Assembly: GCF_009914755.1 (NCBI RefSeq)
Contig: NC_060926.1
Strand: one strand, 5' to 3'
Source of the DNA: the human T2T-CHM13v2.0 reference genome, Homo sapiens
DNA: 64,000 nt
This document shows positions 28,166-44,594 of this stretch, piece by piece. The translations under genes were made by a program, and so were the position numbers. Every line of letters starts with the position of its first letter. Position 1 is the first letter of the stretch. The notes beneath the pieces were generated by a model. The model did not search any database, was not told the DNA's origin, and saw only the letters and a program-made list of their open reading frames with translations.

Positions 28166-29516
28166 CAACAGCACTCTCATCTCTTGATTTGTGACCCTAT
28201 ATTTTTTCCCATAAACCACATCATTTTCTTATAGATTTCCATATGCTAACTACTAATTAAAGGTTTGATCTATACACTGCAAGTTTTGTGTGCAGATAGT
28301 ATATTCATTTAGAAATAGATAACTCTGACCAAGAACTATTCAATAAAGCTAAAAGGAAGGATCCTTTAGCCAACTCAGCTGTTATAAAACGCAATACCAA
28401 GAAATTCCTTAGGAAAAGATTCAGTGGTTTTATTGCTACAAGCACCAACACTTCACACTTCCTGACATACTCAGAGTGGTACTTCTTGTTACTATAATAT
28501 TTCATGAATCCTGAAAAACTTAACACAGCCAAATGCAATAGCATGTGCAAAGTAGTCTTTACACACAGGCCTACAAAAATATTGGTTATTATTTATTTAA
28601 CAGATCTCAGTATCTGTATTTTTAACAGAAATATTAAGTCAGAATGTTACAATTTACAAATCTTTCCTTTTGAGCTTTCTCATTGCTTTTAAGCTCAAGT
28701 TTATATCCTGATTTTCCAGAAACAAATAGGTTGCATACCAAGTTTTGAAATGACTTGCCTTCTCTTAATGTATGGTAATTTCTCTGATGAAGTTGACAAA
28801 GAACGAGTATTCTCATCATCTATTCAGTAATAAACAAGAAGATAGTTTTTGCTGCTAACTTCTCTAGGCTAACAACAACATCAACAATGAGCCACTACAT
28901 TCCTGGCTATTTTTTTTAGGTCATTTTTAAAGTTCTCAGGTAGGGAAAATATTAGCTCTTGGAGTGTGCTCTAGGCTGGGGGAAAACGCTGGACCCGCTG
29001 GAGGTTTAGCAGTATAAACACAACCTGTTGGGAAATCTTTGGAATGTGCACTGCTGCCACGGAGCTGGTTATTAAATAGTAACTAGCAGCTCTTCTGACT
29101 TTTTGTTTTATTTTTAATTATTTGCATGCAATGTTGAGATAATTTTGCTGAACAAAAAAAAAAAAAAAGAAACAAAAAAACACTAAAAGATATCAATTCC
29201 TCCCTCTCAATTCTTGGAGCAACTGCAGTGACCCAGGTTTAAACCTGAAGCTTCAAAAGATGTGGATGAATTGTCACTCCCAGAAGAAACCTTCACAAGG
29301 AGGCATCAGGTTTTAATGTTCTCAAGTGCATGAAGACTGCCGGCCTTTCAAGCTGCATGAGGCTTAAGAAATCACAAGCCCTCCAGCCTGTTGGCCATCC
29401 TTCTGATTAGTCAATGACGACCCCAGACTGCTTCTCCTAGAGTGCGAGTCTCCATTCTTGTCTGAAAACACGGATATCGAGTGGTAGTGGTGTGCAGCTT
29501 AAGAAATACAGGTAGT

Positions 29517-29827
29517 GGACAGGCACAAAGGCTCATGTCTGTAATCCCAGCACTTTGGGAGGCTGAAGCGGTGGATCAACTGAGGTCAGGAGCTCAAGAC
29601 CAGCCTGGCCAACATGGTGAAACCCCGTCTCTACTAAAAGTACAAAAATTAGCCAGGCGTGGTGGTGGGCACCTGTAATCTCAGCTACTCAGGAGGCTGA
29701 GGCAGCAGAATTGCTGGAACCCGGGAGGCGGAGGTTGCGGTGAGCCAAGATCGCGCCATTGCACTCCAGCCTGGGTGACAACAGCAAGATTCTGTCTCAA
29801 AAAAAAAAAAAAAAAAAAAAAGAAAGA
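29517..29827 (+). mobile_element. AluS (Sq-like)
   Basis: Full-length Alu; TSD aagaaata(c/g)aggtagt 29501-29516 / 29828-29843. Confidence 0.95.
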
Positions 29828-30224
29828 AAGAAATAGAGGTAGTATTGTCATGAAGAAACTCCCACAGGCTGACAGGAGGCCATGGTAGGAAAAGGCATTG
29901 CTCAGAGGCTGGTGATGTATTTCTATTCCTCTTTCCAGAATCAGCTAACTTGGTTACCTTGACAGTTCTCTTGACCTCCTTACGGCTTACTTTCCCCATC
30001 TGAAATTATTTCTTGACTCCATCATTTTCTGAATATTCGTGAAGACAAAATACAAAATTAAATTATATTTATTAAATACTTTATGTTCTTGGAAAAAAAT
30101 ATGAGTTGCTAATAGTGGTGATGATTTCATAGGTGAGAGGTTGTCTGAGAAGCCAAAACAATGTTTGTCTAAAACGAGGGCAAAAGTTTGGAATTTGAAT
30201 ATACATACACATATTAACAACAGG

Positions 30225-30460
30225 GATGGTAGAATTGTGTAAGGCGTTGGGATCAGACAGGACTAAGTTCAAAGCCAGGCTCCACTGCTTTGCAGCTGTA
30301 GTCATGCTGGATACTTAACCTCACTAAGACACAGTTTCTTTATCTGTAAAATAGTGACATGAATAGCATCTTGAAAGGGCTACTGTGAGGATTATATGAA
30401 ATAATGAACGCAATGTACTTAGCAGGTTCTGGACTCAAAAAGGGCAACTGTTATGATGAG
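30225..30460 (+). mobile_element. MIR
   Basis: acttaacctcactaagacacagtttctttatctgtaaaatag core. Confidence 0.75.
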
Positions 30461-30549
30461 AGTAGACCATGATAATGAACATCAATTTTACGCTACCTGC
30501 CATAAGAAACAATTAGAAGGTTCTAAAATATGAAATACACTTTATGGTT

Positions 30550-30808
30550 TCAGAAGATTATTCTGTTGTGAAGAAAATGGATGAATGCTAATAGGCTAAT
30601 GCAGGGAAAATCATTGGGAGACTGTCATCCAGGTAAAGGAAAACAGTTGTTTGGATATGAACTTTTGCAGTAGAAATGGTGACAGGTGAACAAATTCAGG
30701 CGATATTTGGGAGGTCTCATCAAGCGGACTCTGATGGCTTGGATGTGGGATGTGAGAAGAAGAAGGATCCAGGTTTTGAGCCGGAGCAGTTGTGGGATGG
30801 TGGTGTGA
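30550..30808 (-). mobile_element. L2 fragment
   Basis: ctgatggcttggatgtgggatgtgagaagaagaaggatccaggttttgagcc. Confidence 0.65.
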
Positions 30809-31265
30809 TGTAGCAGATGCTGTGGTGTGCTGCCCAAATCCTTCCTTCCCACGTTCAGGAAAAAGGCACTCATTCCCCAGCCTCTGGGAGTGTTGACTGC
30901 TGACTGCTCATAGCCAAGTCCCTCCCTGGAAACTGCTCTCAGCTGAAAGTTGCTGCCTTGCCCAAAGTTGAACATCCTTCCCAGAGACAGCCTCTAGAGA
31001 AAGACTGGTAGAAAATGGGCTAAAAAGTCTTGGCCCATTAAAATGTGGGGCAAAATCCAGAACAATTCTAAAGTGCCACCCCAGCTCAGAGATTTCCATA
31101 GGTGCATTTGAGGCCTTTGTTGTGGAATGCAGTTCTGCTTCTTTCTCTGTCCAGTCTTGATTCCCACTCCCTCAGATGGTGTGGTTCCAGAAAACCCTCC
31201 CAATCATTTCCTTTACGCAGATCTCTGCTTCAGAATCTGTTTCCAGGGTATCCAACCTAAGGGGA
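30809..31265 (+). mobile_element. LTR16-type ERVL 5' LTR
   Basis: tgtagcagatgctgtggtgtgctgcccaaatcc start; cagaatctgtttccagggtatccaacctaag end. Confidence 0.8.
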
Positions 31266-32289
31266 TTTGTGTTAGTTGAGGCTCTACAAGCAGAATCTAA
31301 AAATGTGATGTTGGAACTAGATCGTCACCTGCTGGCAGGCCAGCCATGAGGACCCCTTCCCTGATAGACATTGATAGTATTGTAGCATGCTATAATGGGT
31401 CCATTGTTACAACTGTCACAATTAATGAAATGGAATGAAATACTGATAGAAAGGGAAGCACTGGTTAGTGTATTAGGTCATGTGATTGAGAGGTTCAAGA
31501 CTATGGCTTTGCGTGGCTTTCTGGAAACTGTCAATGAACAGAACAAGTTAATGACAGTCTGAGGTTGAATGATCACCAACTTGAAAAAAATAAAACAAAA
31601 AAAGCAGTGGATGTTTTTGGCAGAATGTAAAGATATATTCACCTACCATAGCTGCAGTGCACACAAGGTGTTTATTAAACTCAGAACTAAGGTAGAAGAT
31701 TAGCAGAGCCCAGAGAAGATCAAATTCCCAACCACCAGAACATCTGATAACTATGGTCGAGGTTCTGATTGAGAAGAAGTGAGATCCTCAGAGGTAGGAG
31801 GGGCCTATTTGAGTGGATGAACAACAAAAAAAGTTGAGTCACTAGGTTTCCCTGAACTGACTTCCCTGAAGAAGTGGCCTGTCCTCCTGGTGAAAGGTGT
31901 AGGTGTGCTCCACTATTGTCTAATGACCATATCGAGGCATCTGCCTTGCAGGAGAACATTTCTCCCTACCTTCCTAAATGGGCTCTAGAGCGATAATTAT
32001 AAGAATATGACATAATCCAGCTGCAAGACTGTTCGGTCTGTTGAGAAACACAAGGTAATATACACTAAAGGAGCTTCAGGATGCATCCAGCATTTTCCAA
32101 CAGAGGTGGAGAGGTAAGCACGGACTTGGATTCTGAGACTATGGGTCAAGAGGAGGAGGGCAGAATACAAAGCTGGAAAAGGGATCATTTATTTTTAAAA
32201 ATCACGTTAATGTATTTATTGAGATAAATTTATTGATAGGGAAACACCATCCTTTGACAACACTAGATTTAACACTATATCACTGAACT

Positions 32290-34370
<2,081 letters not shown>

Positions 34371-35040
34371 ATAAACAAACAAACAAGCAAACAAAAGGCA
34401 CCACCAACACCCTGGATTAGAAGCTGGGAAAGTTAGAAAAAGTAATCATTCACATGGAGTGAAATGCTAGAACTGCCACGTAAGATGGTGGAAGAAGGAA
34501 CTCAAAGACTTGGGGAAGTAGTATGCTTGAGTGGACATACTACATACAGGGACAACCTCCGCTGACTTTATTCTGTGATAGAGCCTACAGGAATATCCTA
34601 TTATCAAAGTGATACAGAATGCATTGGTAGAAAGGGCCCAATATCATGAGAACCCTACCCCTGATGGTATAAGGAACACTGCTAGTTTCTGTCATACTGT
34701 AGCAGTGCAATTATTAAAACCTTCACAGTGTGTGAACTTATGGAATACTGGTGCAAGGGAATAGACTGGTTAGTAAAATATTTTGAGAGGTTCTGGCAAA
34801 CAATAATTATAAAAACTATAAAATAAGCAGAGACTTCTCTTGCAACTGCACTGTACTTTTCCCTCTGCCTACTCCTGCTTTCTGACTGTTCATTCCTTTA
34901 CAGGTGTTGTACTCTTGTACTCAAAAGCACAGCCCAATAAAATGTCTTCACACAAATCTCCATCTTGGGAAACCTGAACAATACTGGGCCATTTGCTGAA
35001 ATGAAAAGAGTACAACAGAAAAATAAAAATTAGTGGGAAG

Positions 35041-35445
<405 letters not shown>

Positions 35446-36024
35446 TCAGTAAAAAAAGAAATAGAGAAAATAACCTAGAGTGCTATATTACTCTTTCTTT
35501 CCATCTATTTGGCTGATTTTCTCAAGATCCTTTCTGGACTATAATCAAAGACTAATTTCTAAGATTTCTTTCTGTCCCCTAAGATATGTATGTGTTTTCA
35601 TTGAACAAATAGCAAATTCTTCTTTCTTATTCTGTGAATAAGATAAATGAGACTAACAAGTCTGTGAGACTAGGAAAGGACTCTTGAGATAATTCAACCA
35701 AGAGTTTAATGATTTTTGAAAATCACAGTAATTTTGATATATGAAAATATGATTTTTCTCTTCTCTTTTAATTACAATTATTTTTTTAACCAACTCTGTC
35801 ATGTCATCATTTTCTTTATCAAAGAGTCTATTTTCTGTGTGGTGATGCAGGGGTGGGGATAATTACTAGAATAAGAGAAAGTAAAGAGGTAGTTAGTAAA
35901 GGATTTGTCAAACTAACAACTGATGTTATAACTTATTTACCTGCCACATTCAAGGATTTCTGAAGCTTTCTGCTTCCTACCTTTTATTACAGTTTTGATA
36001 TGAGATTTAAAAAATCATTTACTG

Positions 36025-36339
<315 letters not shown>

Positions 36340-36581
36340 TTATTTTCTAGTTTAAATTTCCATCACTATTTTTCTAGATCTGATTAATTTAGTGAAAGGT
36401 CACAAATCTGAATGCCCAAAGGAACCACACCAGTAAAAGCTAAAAGCCAGATAATGGATAAGATTTTAAAAAGTGAAATGGGGATTGTGAACTGGGACAT
36501 GAATTTTGTTTAAAGGGAGCAAACACTACCCAGTTCCTGCCAGATTGATATCCTGTGGGAAAGTGGGTATACTGCACCAGA

Positions 36582-36862
36582 TCTTGCTCTGTCGCTCAGG
36601 TTGGAATACAATGGCAGGATCTCTGATCACTATAACCTCTGCCTCCCAGGTTCAAGCAATTCTTGTGCCTTAGCCTCCCAAGTAGCTGGGACTACAGGCA
36701 TGCACCACAATGCCTGGCTAATTTTTTTTTTTTTTGTATTTTTAGTAGAGATGAGCTTTCACCATGTTGGCCAGGCTGGTCTCAAACTCCTGACCTCAAG
36801 TGATCTGCCTGCCTCGGCCTCCTAAAGTGCTGAGATTACAGGCATGAGCCACCACACCCTGC
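36582..36862 (-). mobile_element. AluS lacking its poly-A tail
   Basis: Begins tcttgctctgtcgctcagg with no preceding poly-T/gagac. Confidence 0.92.
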
Positions 36863-36917
36863 CATTGCCCATTTTTAAATGTTGACAATTAAAAAAAATT
36901 AAACAACAATTTGTGAG

Positions 36918-37214
36918 TGTGTTAGTCAGCTCAGACTTTCACAACAAAATTACTTAGGTATTCATTTCTCACAATCTGGAAATCTGAGATCATGGATTCT
37001 GGTGAGGGCTCTCTTCCTAGTTTGCAGACAGCCACCTTCTTGCTGTGTCCTCACATTGCAGAGAGACAGAGACAGCAAGTTCCCTGGTGCCTTTTATTAT
37101 AAAGGCACTAATCCACCATGGGGGCTCCATCCTTATAAACTCATCTAAACCTAATTCCTCCCCAAGAATTTGATGGTGGAGGGTGGAGAAGGGGACACAA
37201 TTCAGATGATAGCA
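36918..37214 (-). mobile_element. MLT1A-type MaLR LTR
   Basis: TG...CA, TSD gtgag 36913-36917 / 37215-37219, ttctggtgagggctctcttcctagtttgcagacagcc. Confidence 0.85.
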
Positions 37215-37439
37215 GTGAGTCAAACAACAGCCTGCAAGTGCATGACCATCAAAATAGGTATTTACTAAATTACCATATTCATCATTTTTTAAATAATTAC
37301 TGTTACATTATTATGCCTCTTCTTAAAATCTTTATTAGAAAAACTTGTGTGTCATCATACAACACTGACTCTGCAGAGGATGTTCTCTGGGTGACAAGAT
37401 CTCCCTGGACACTAGCCCTGCTGTTTGGGCAGGTCCCCA

Positions 37440-37875
37440 CATAGATGTTACAGTATGTACAGTTCTACACTGGCTCTTCCACAGCCATGATATTCCTAGC
37501 CTGAACGCTAAAGTCCCTGTGGTCTCTCTGCCTTGTATACTCATTTTTGTACACCATTTCCCCAACCTACAATGATGCAGTTAATTCTTTCTAACCTCAG
37601 GTCAAATGTCCCTTCCTCAAGTGAGAATTCTGTATCATCCAGACTTTGTCTCATCTTTCTGCCATATGTTTCCATAGCAACCCAAGATTTTCCTTTAAAG
37701 CTTCTACCACAGTTTTTAATTTTACATTTATTTGTGAATCTCCATCCCCCAACCAGACTGAAAACTTTGTGAAGCCAGAGCTCAGGTCTGCTTACATCAC
37801 CATTATAACCCCAGTGCCTACTATTGGGCCTACCTTATATGGTGATTGATAAAATAAGTGTTGAATGAGTGAAAG
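37440..37875 (+). mobile_element. L2 3' fragment
   Basis: ctcaggtcaaatgtcccttcctca, cagactgaaaactttgtgaagccagag, aaataagtgttgaatgagtgaa tail. Confidence 0.75.
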
Positions 37876-38884
37876 TAACTTCCATAGAAATTATCCAAGA
37901 AAGGAGAGAGACAAGCACATGCTTCTACCCACCATTATTTTTGTACAAAACATATATTATAGTGATTTCATTAATCACTATAATATAAACATTATTTTAA
38001 GTTTGTATGATATATACAAAGACTGAAAGAACTATAGAGTATGTATCAGTACCCCAGTTCGTTGGTATCATTGTTTGCCTAACTAGATTTTACTTTTGCT
38101 ATAAATAGAAAAATTATACTCTCCCTTAGGTATTCATTTCCTACCTTTGGCTTTTGAGTGATTTACCTTGCTCCTTAATCCAACCAACTCATCCAGAAGC
38201 ATCAATGCTTACCATAAAATTTTGCCATTCTAGCTAGATTGACTTGCTAGGAGTTTATCTACTTTGGACACCACTGGTGGTTGAAAATCTCAGCTCATCA
38301 GTATACTGCAAACCTTGTTGAATCTTGCCTTATACCTGTGAGAGCCTCCTATCCCCACTCTTGTCAGCAATATATACAATCTGGAAAGAACCCCTACATT
38401 ACATTTCATTATGCTTCTCTCTTCCCCCTATGATGTTCTTTTCTCCTACTCCAGTGAGAGCTTTTGTCAGTTACACTCATCTCTCCTCAATAAGTCATTC
38501 CTCTCTTAATTTTCCCTTTCAGTTGAAAGAAAGTGTCTTTCTAAATGTGGAATTGTTTTTTTTTTCTAAATTTCCTGCTTACATCTTAAAATAAACAAGC
38601 AAGTATACCTTAAAATGAAATATTAAAATAAAAGCTTGAAGAAGGATAAAGCTGCAGAATTAGTATTGTGAGGTTTATCTTTTAAAGATGAGCTTGGAAA
38701 ATTTGCTTTGATTTATAAGTTAATTTGCCTCAAAGACATTGTCAAAATATTAAACAGTGAACAATTTTATAGGGGACCTATTTTATATACTATAGTCTTA
38801 AGTGCTAGTGGGTCCCTGAGCTCACAGAGTTTATTTACAGTGTAGTCAGAGAGAAAAAATGGTTTCCAAATAAAAATAAACTAA

Positions 38885-39112
38885 GTGTAGCCTCATATGC
38901 TGAAAATAAAATCATATAAAGAGTCAGAAAGTCTATGCTATTGGTCTTGGCTCTTTAGAAATTTAGGCAAATTACTTAATCCTTTGTCTTCCCACATAAC
39001 AAAAATAGAGATTATATCCGCCCTGACTATCTCACAGAATAAAAAGGAGATAATTTACGTGAAATTGCTCTGAAATTTAAAATATGCATACTATGTAGGG
39101 TAAGGTATTAAG
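38885..39112 (+). mobile_element. MIR
   Basis: ttaggcaaattacttaatcctttgtcttcccacataacaaaaatagag degenerate core. Confidence 0.55.
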
Positions 39113-39430
39113 ATAAATAGCAGTACAAGGTATCTTATCACCAAATGTTCATCACTGAAAGAGACAAGTGTTTAAAATTTATGGTCAGAGAAAGTGTCAC
39201 AGAGGAGGTGGTAATTCTTGAAGTAGGTGGCATTTAGAGTGACAATAGCATGGCATCCAGGTAAGTACAGAAAGGTGAGTTAAAAACTTGCTGTATAAAG
39301 TACTCTCTTTCCACTAATATGTTATTACCCAGTAGGGCAGAATTGTGGATTGAGGAAGCAGAAATAAAAATCACAAAGGAGCATCCATATCAAATGCAGA
39401 TAGTAAAGTCATAGGAGGTAGACATATGTG

Positions 39431-39433
<3 letters not shown>

Positions 39434-39480
<47 letters not shown>

Positions 39481-39502
39481 AAAAGAGAGAGAGAGAGAGA
39501 GA
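39434..39502. repeat. (CA)n(GA)n compound microsatellite
   Basis: Direct reading. Confidence 0.97.
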
Positions 39503-41404
39503 TGAGTATAAACTTAAGTATAGGCAAAGAAGCAAAATGAGAAGAATCATCATCCAAAATCTTACTATGCAGAATAAGCCTCTGGTAATTTTGTCTTACA
39601 TCCTTCCAGACATTTTCCTTGTTTATTTAAAACACTTTCTCCATAATCGTTGATTTCTTGTACATATCTTGAGCATGTTGTGGTATCTGGTAGGCACACA
39701 GTAGACACTGAATAAGTGTTTACTGAACTGAATTGAAGCTTTCTGACTCATTTCTGTATAAAGTTTGGTAAAAGCTTTTGATTTTCCTCTCCTCAAAATT
39801 GAAGTTTAGAAAATGATTTGATTTTTTTAGGGTTTATTTTGCTAAACTAAAATCCATCAGAAGTAACATCAACTTTGCATTTTATCAATTCTCCTTCTGA
39901 TTGTATTGATGCTGCGGTTGAAATCCAGTCACTAGTATTGACTTTGAATAACTATATAGTGTTCCATTCCAATTTCTCTAAGGCACAGGTTGCTTCATGA
40001 TTGATCAAGGGGATTAGGTAGCTACAAGTCAATTCCTTGAGTGGGTAGAAACCGAATGGACATTTTCTTATTTTTCTTACTTCTAGTTAAACAAACACAT
40101 AGTTTTTTTTTTAAATTTATAAAGTATAATAAAAAATTAAAATCATAATTATATGACCCAGAGATAACTACATTAACAGACATAAATGAAATAAAATACA
40201 TTTTAGACTTGAAAAAGTAGGCATTGATACACACTGTGAGAGATGCTTTGCTTTCAAGGTAGGAGCAGTATAATTAGTTTGTTCAAAATCAAAGCATTAG
40301 GTTAAATTAATCTTTTATCAGACATTCAAATATATACATATGTACATACATACATACAAATACATGTGTGAATATTTATACATACATACAAATATACATG
40401 TATATATAAATACACATACAAGTATATATGTTTAGGGATCAAAAAATGTGTGTGTATATATATTTTAAAACCAGTTTCTTCAGTTTTTCCACAATAATAT
40501 CAAACATAGGCTTCTGAAAAGTCCCTGGTCTTTACCTATTTGTTTGACAGGTTCATCTTTATTAGCCTTTATGTTAGAAAATAATCAGGAAACAAGTCCC
40601 TCAAAAAGGTAACAAATAAGAATGGCTTTTTCTTTCCACAGTGTTTGAATTTCCTGAAGTCACTTGTGAAAAATGCAAAGATTTTTTTCAGTTGAAATGT
40701 TCCTCTAATTTCAGGTATGATGAGGAGATAATGAAAACCAGGGTACTTTGGAGACCTTCTGAAATCTCACCATTCAGGCAGCTGCCTCTTTTTTCAGCCA
40801 CAAAACTTACCACAAAACAAAATGCATTCCATTTCAGACAGGCCCCAGAATAATTAGGCACCATGAAAACCAATTAAGAATTCTACTTTCATTTTTATCC
40901 TTGGCCAGAATCAACCCCACGGAGGCCCAAGGCACAGTTCCATGTATATCCCACTTCACAAATCTTTTTTTATAATTAAAGAATATTAAAATGAGTATCA
41001 GGGACACCCTACAAGGCAGAAGAAATCACACATTTGTTTTAAAGTAGTTAGGAATATTTATGGAGTCAGTGATAGTCCCATTGCCATAGTTTCCTAATGA
41101 GAAGGTTTATAGGCTGAGTGTAGCATGTACACATGTAAGAATACATGCAGATATAAAAGTGCAGAAAAACATACACACATACATATGCAGTTTAAATGCT
41201 GTTTCATTACAGGCTGACAGACTGGTCTCTTTTTCATGCAATGACTGCCTATTGTAGTCAATGTGAGCTTAATTTCCATAGCAATCTAATAACTAATATA
41301 TCACCTCCTCATCCTTGAAAAGTCAGAGGTCAGTGGAAATCTTCCCAACTCACCACACTGGAAAGAAGCTCCAACCACCTAGGAAAGAAGATGATATTAA
41401 ATAC

Positions 41405-41640
41405 GATGGTAGCTTAGTGTTCTAATTGCACTGTGCTAAATGTTTAATAGACCTGATCTCTTATAATCCTCCCAACAATTCTTTGTGGTAGATAATATTA
41501 TCATCATCTTTATTTTACAGGTGGTGAGACTAGAGATCAGACCATTTAAGTGGCATGGAGAAAGTGACAAAACTAGAAGTGGTGGAGCTAAGATTCAAAC
41601 TTGAGAGCTCCCGAGCCCAAGTCCTGAACTGCTACACAGA
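41405..41640 (-). mobile_element. MIR
   Basis: gcactgtgctaaatgttt...aatcctcccaacaattc...attttacaggtggtgagactagag. Confidence 0.75.
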
Positions 41641-41991
41641 TTGCCTCTACTAAAAAAAGACAAGTCTCTATTATGAACTACCCCTGAGCAACATAGATGG
41701 CCTCCACCTATATATAATTGAAACATTTTTTAAAACTGAAAATAAAACTCTCTCTGCTCTTATGGAAAGTACCACATGCTGTTCACAACCAGTATATTTA
41801 CTTTGTTGGCTAAATTCAGGACTTGGAGATATACAAATGAAGGATGCTGACTGACTACATCTTCAAATACTTTTGAATCAATGATTTTCAAACTCAAAAC
41901 CCTGAGAGATACGGCTCAATATAAGCCTTTACTCTTTTTATCCATTAGCCAGCCTATATATTATTTTAATTATTTAATTATTTTAAATAAA

Positions 41992-42193
41992 AATATTAAA
42001 ATGAATATCGGGGCATCCTACAAGACAGAAGAAATCATACACTTGTTTTAGCTAGGAATATTTATGGAGTGAGTGACAGTCCCACTACATATTAAAAGCT
42101 ATGTTTTACAACTCCATTAATACAAAAACATTGTGTTGACGCTGTGGTTGAAATCCAGTAACTAGTATTTATTTTGAATAACTATATAGTGTT
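41992..42193. repeat. Composite of three locally copied segments
   Basis: Matches 40982-41088 (+), 43621-43659 (-) and 39900-39963 (+) in that order. Confidence 0.92.
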
Positions 42194-42206
42194 ATTCTCT
42201 CTATAT

Positions 42207-42208
<2 letters not shown>

Positions 42209-42248
<40 letters not shown>
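42209..42248. repeat. (CA)n microsatellite
   Basis: Direct reading. Confidence 0.97.
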
Positions 42249-42254
<6 letters not shown>

Positions 42255-42619
42255 CACACATATGTATGTGGAGAGAGAGAGAGAAAAATCTTATAAAGTC
42301 AGGCACTCTTAATTTCCTGGGCTTCTTCAAGAAACAAACCAAGAACCTTGCTCTCAAGATTATAATCTAGTAGGGAAGACAAGAAGGTAGAAAGCAATGT
42401 TAATTCTTTATGATGAGATATGGTGTTAGATGTGAACAAAATAAGCCCAATATCTAGGAGATACTCCTAATCCTATCTTTTGGTGGAAAAGATTCTAGAA
42501 TGTTGGAGGTCATTTCGAAAGCAAGACCTGAAGATAATGACAAGTTAACTAGTTAATGTGAAAATATAAGGACACTTAAAGAAAGCAGAGGTGATGGCTG
42601 CCACATAAAAATCAATTAG

Positions 42620-43045
42620 AAACAGCAACCATTCAACAAAAAGCTAGTAAAATATATAGCCAAAAAGAAACGTAGACAATAAACATATAAATGAAATGCT
42701 TATCCTGACTCATAATTTAAGAAATACAAAGCAAAACAGGGATATATTTCACTCTTCATGTCGGCAAAATATAATAGTTTGATGATAATGCCACCATGCT
42801 CATATATTTTGAGGGAGAATATGATGATTTCAGGGGTGCAAAAAGGCAATACTAATGAAAAGTATTAACTAAAATGAAGGTACTCTGCAGTCTCCTCCTA
42901 AGAAATTAGTGCTATAAATACCTGCATTTGAATATATGAATTGAGACATATATTCAAGATGTCTCTTAGTACATGTTTGTAATAGCTCAAGCTGAAAATA
43001 ATGCCCACTCATATGATTCTGGTTAAATAAGCATTGGCAAATCTA
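42620..43045 (+). mobile_element. Old L1 (L1ME-like) ORF2 3' relic
   Basis: ataaacatataaatgaaatgcttatcctgactcataatttaagaaatacaaa pattern. Confidence 0.55.
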
Positions 43046-43050
43046 CTTCT

Positions 43051-43328
43051 TTTTATGGGCTGAATTGTGGAATTGTATCTCCCCATGTTCACCCACAATT
43101 CACATGTTGAGGCTCTAACCCACCAGTATCACAGAATATAACTCTATTTGGAGACAGAATCTTTAAAGAGGTGATTAAGTTAAAATGGGGTCTTTAGAGT
43201 GGACCCCAATCCAATATGACTGGACACAGACAACACAAACAGCAGGATGACCATGTAGGACACTGCAAGAATGTGGTGATCTGCAAGCCCAGGACAGAGG
43301 CCACAGAAGAAATCAAACCTGCCAACAA
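43051..43328 (+). mobile_element. MLT1B/C-type LTR, 3' truncated
   Basis: tatgggctgaattgtg, tatttggagacagaatctttaaagaggtgattaagttaaaatg, gaaatcaaacctgccaaca. Confidence 0.85.
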
Positions 43329-43466
43329 AAACTGGGATTATTAAAACAAATTAGAGGAAGGGCACCCATGGAGGTGGGTCTCAGAGCTTTGGGAAGGAGG
43401 CACTTCTTGGCTGATACTGGTCCTTCTGAGCTAGGATGAAAAGCCAATGGGTCTGAGTCTGAGACC

Positions 43467-43730
43467 TAGGTCCAACTTATCCATAAGGCAATGTAGGCAC
43501 AGTGGTGAAGCCCAAAATACTTTTGGGAGCCCATGAGAATGTTGTGACTTGTTTTAAAATCAGAAGAAAAATGAACTTTTAAGTCAAAGAAATTATTTTG
43601 AGATGTAACACTTATGTACTTGTTTTGTGTTAATGGAGTTGTAAAATATAGATTTTAATGTTTTTTGTGAAAGATGGAGCCCACAAAAGCACAAGTGCCA
43701 AAGGCCTGTGAAAGTCATAATGTGGCCCTG
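43467..43730. mobile_element. hAT-Tip100 non-autonomous element (MER91/MER45-like)
   Basis: Ends taggtccaacttatcc...gaaagtcataatgtggccctg; subterminal gcccacaaaagcacaagtgcc. Confidence 0.7.
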
Positions 43731-44594
43731 CACAGCCTTCTGAGGAGTGGCTTCCATGGTCAGTCCTCATGTCTCTGAGAGGATGCAAAGGAGTGCATTC
43801 TGGGTATTTCAATCAGCTGCTGCTGCTGAATTAACCGATACTTTCGGGAGAAAAAAAGTGATACTGCGATGATAGACAGGACAGACATCAAATAGGAATA
43901 AAGACAGAAGGAAATAGACAGAAAACAGGACATTCTCCATCCTCCAGCCTCTCATTCTTCTACTGCCCTTTACTGGCAGAGATTAATAAAGAGGAAAAGT
44001 GGTAGGCAGCACATGGGAAGGAAAACGTAGTTTACAGAGTTCTAGCTACTGCATCATAAGGAGTTTTAGAAGACTAGGTTTGAAACCAAGAAAAAATAAC
44101 TTAATTACTGGCATATCCACATAATTGAGTAATACATAGCTGTTAGAAAATTAGATAATCCTGTGTGTTCATATAAATAATATTCAAAATATACCATGAT
44201 GTATAGAAATAGAGCAGAATAATACACAGAAATAAAGATTGATAGATAGGTAGATAATTAATTAGATTGATAAATATTCCTATATCCCACCTTGGAAGGA
44301 ACTCAACAAAACTTTAAATGACAGTTAAATATAGGGAGTTTGATTAGGCTGACAGATAGAAGCTTTCATTTTTACTTTATTCTTTTCTGCCTTATGTGAA
44401 AATTTTTATTTTTCACATGTAGCTTTGTTCATTTGTTTTAATATCAACAGAAGTTATTTGGATAGTTGGATTATATCCCTTTATTTGCTTTTAAAATTAT
44501 CTGCATTAAAAATTAATAACTACTATTTAAATGCAATGAGGATAAAGTTCTAACAAATATTTAGAAATCTTCCAAAGAGAGGCCTCTATTTGGT

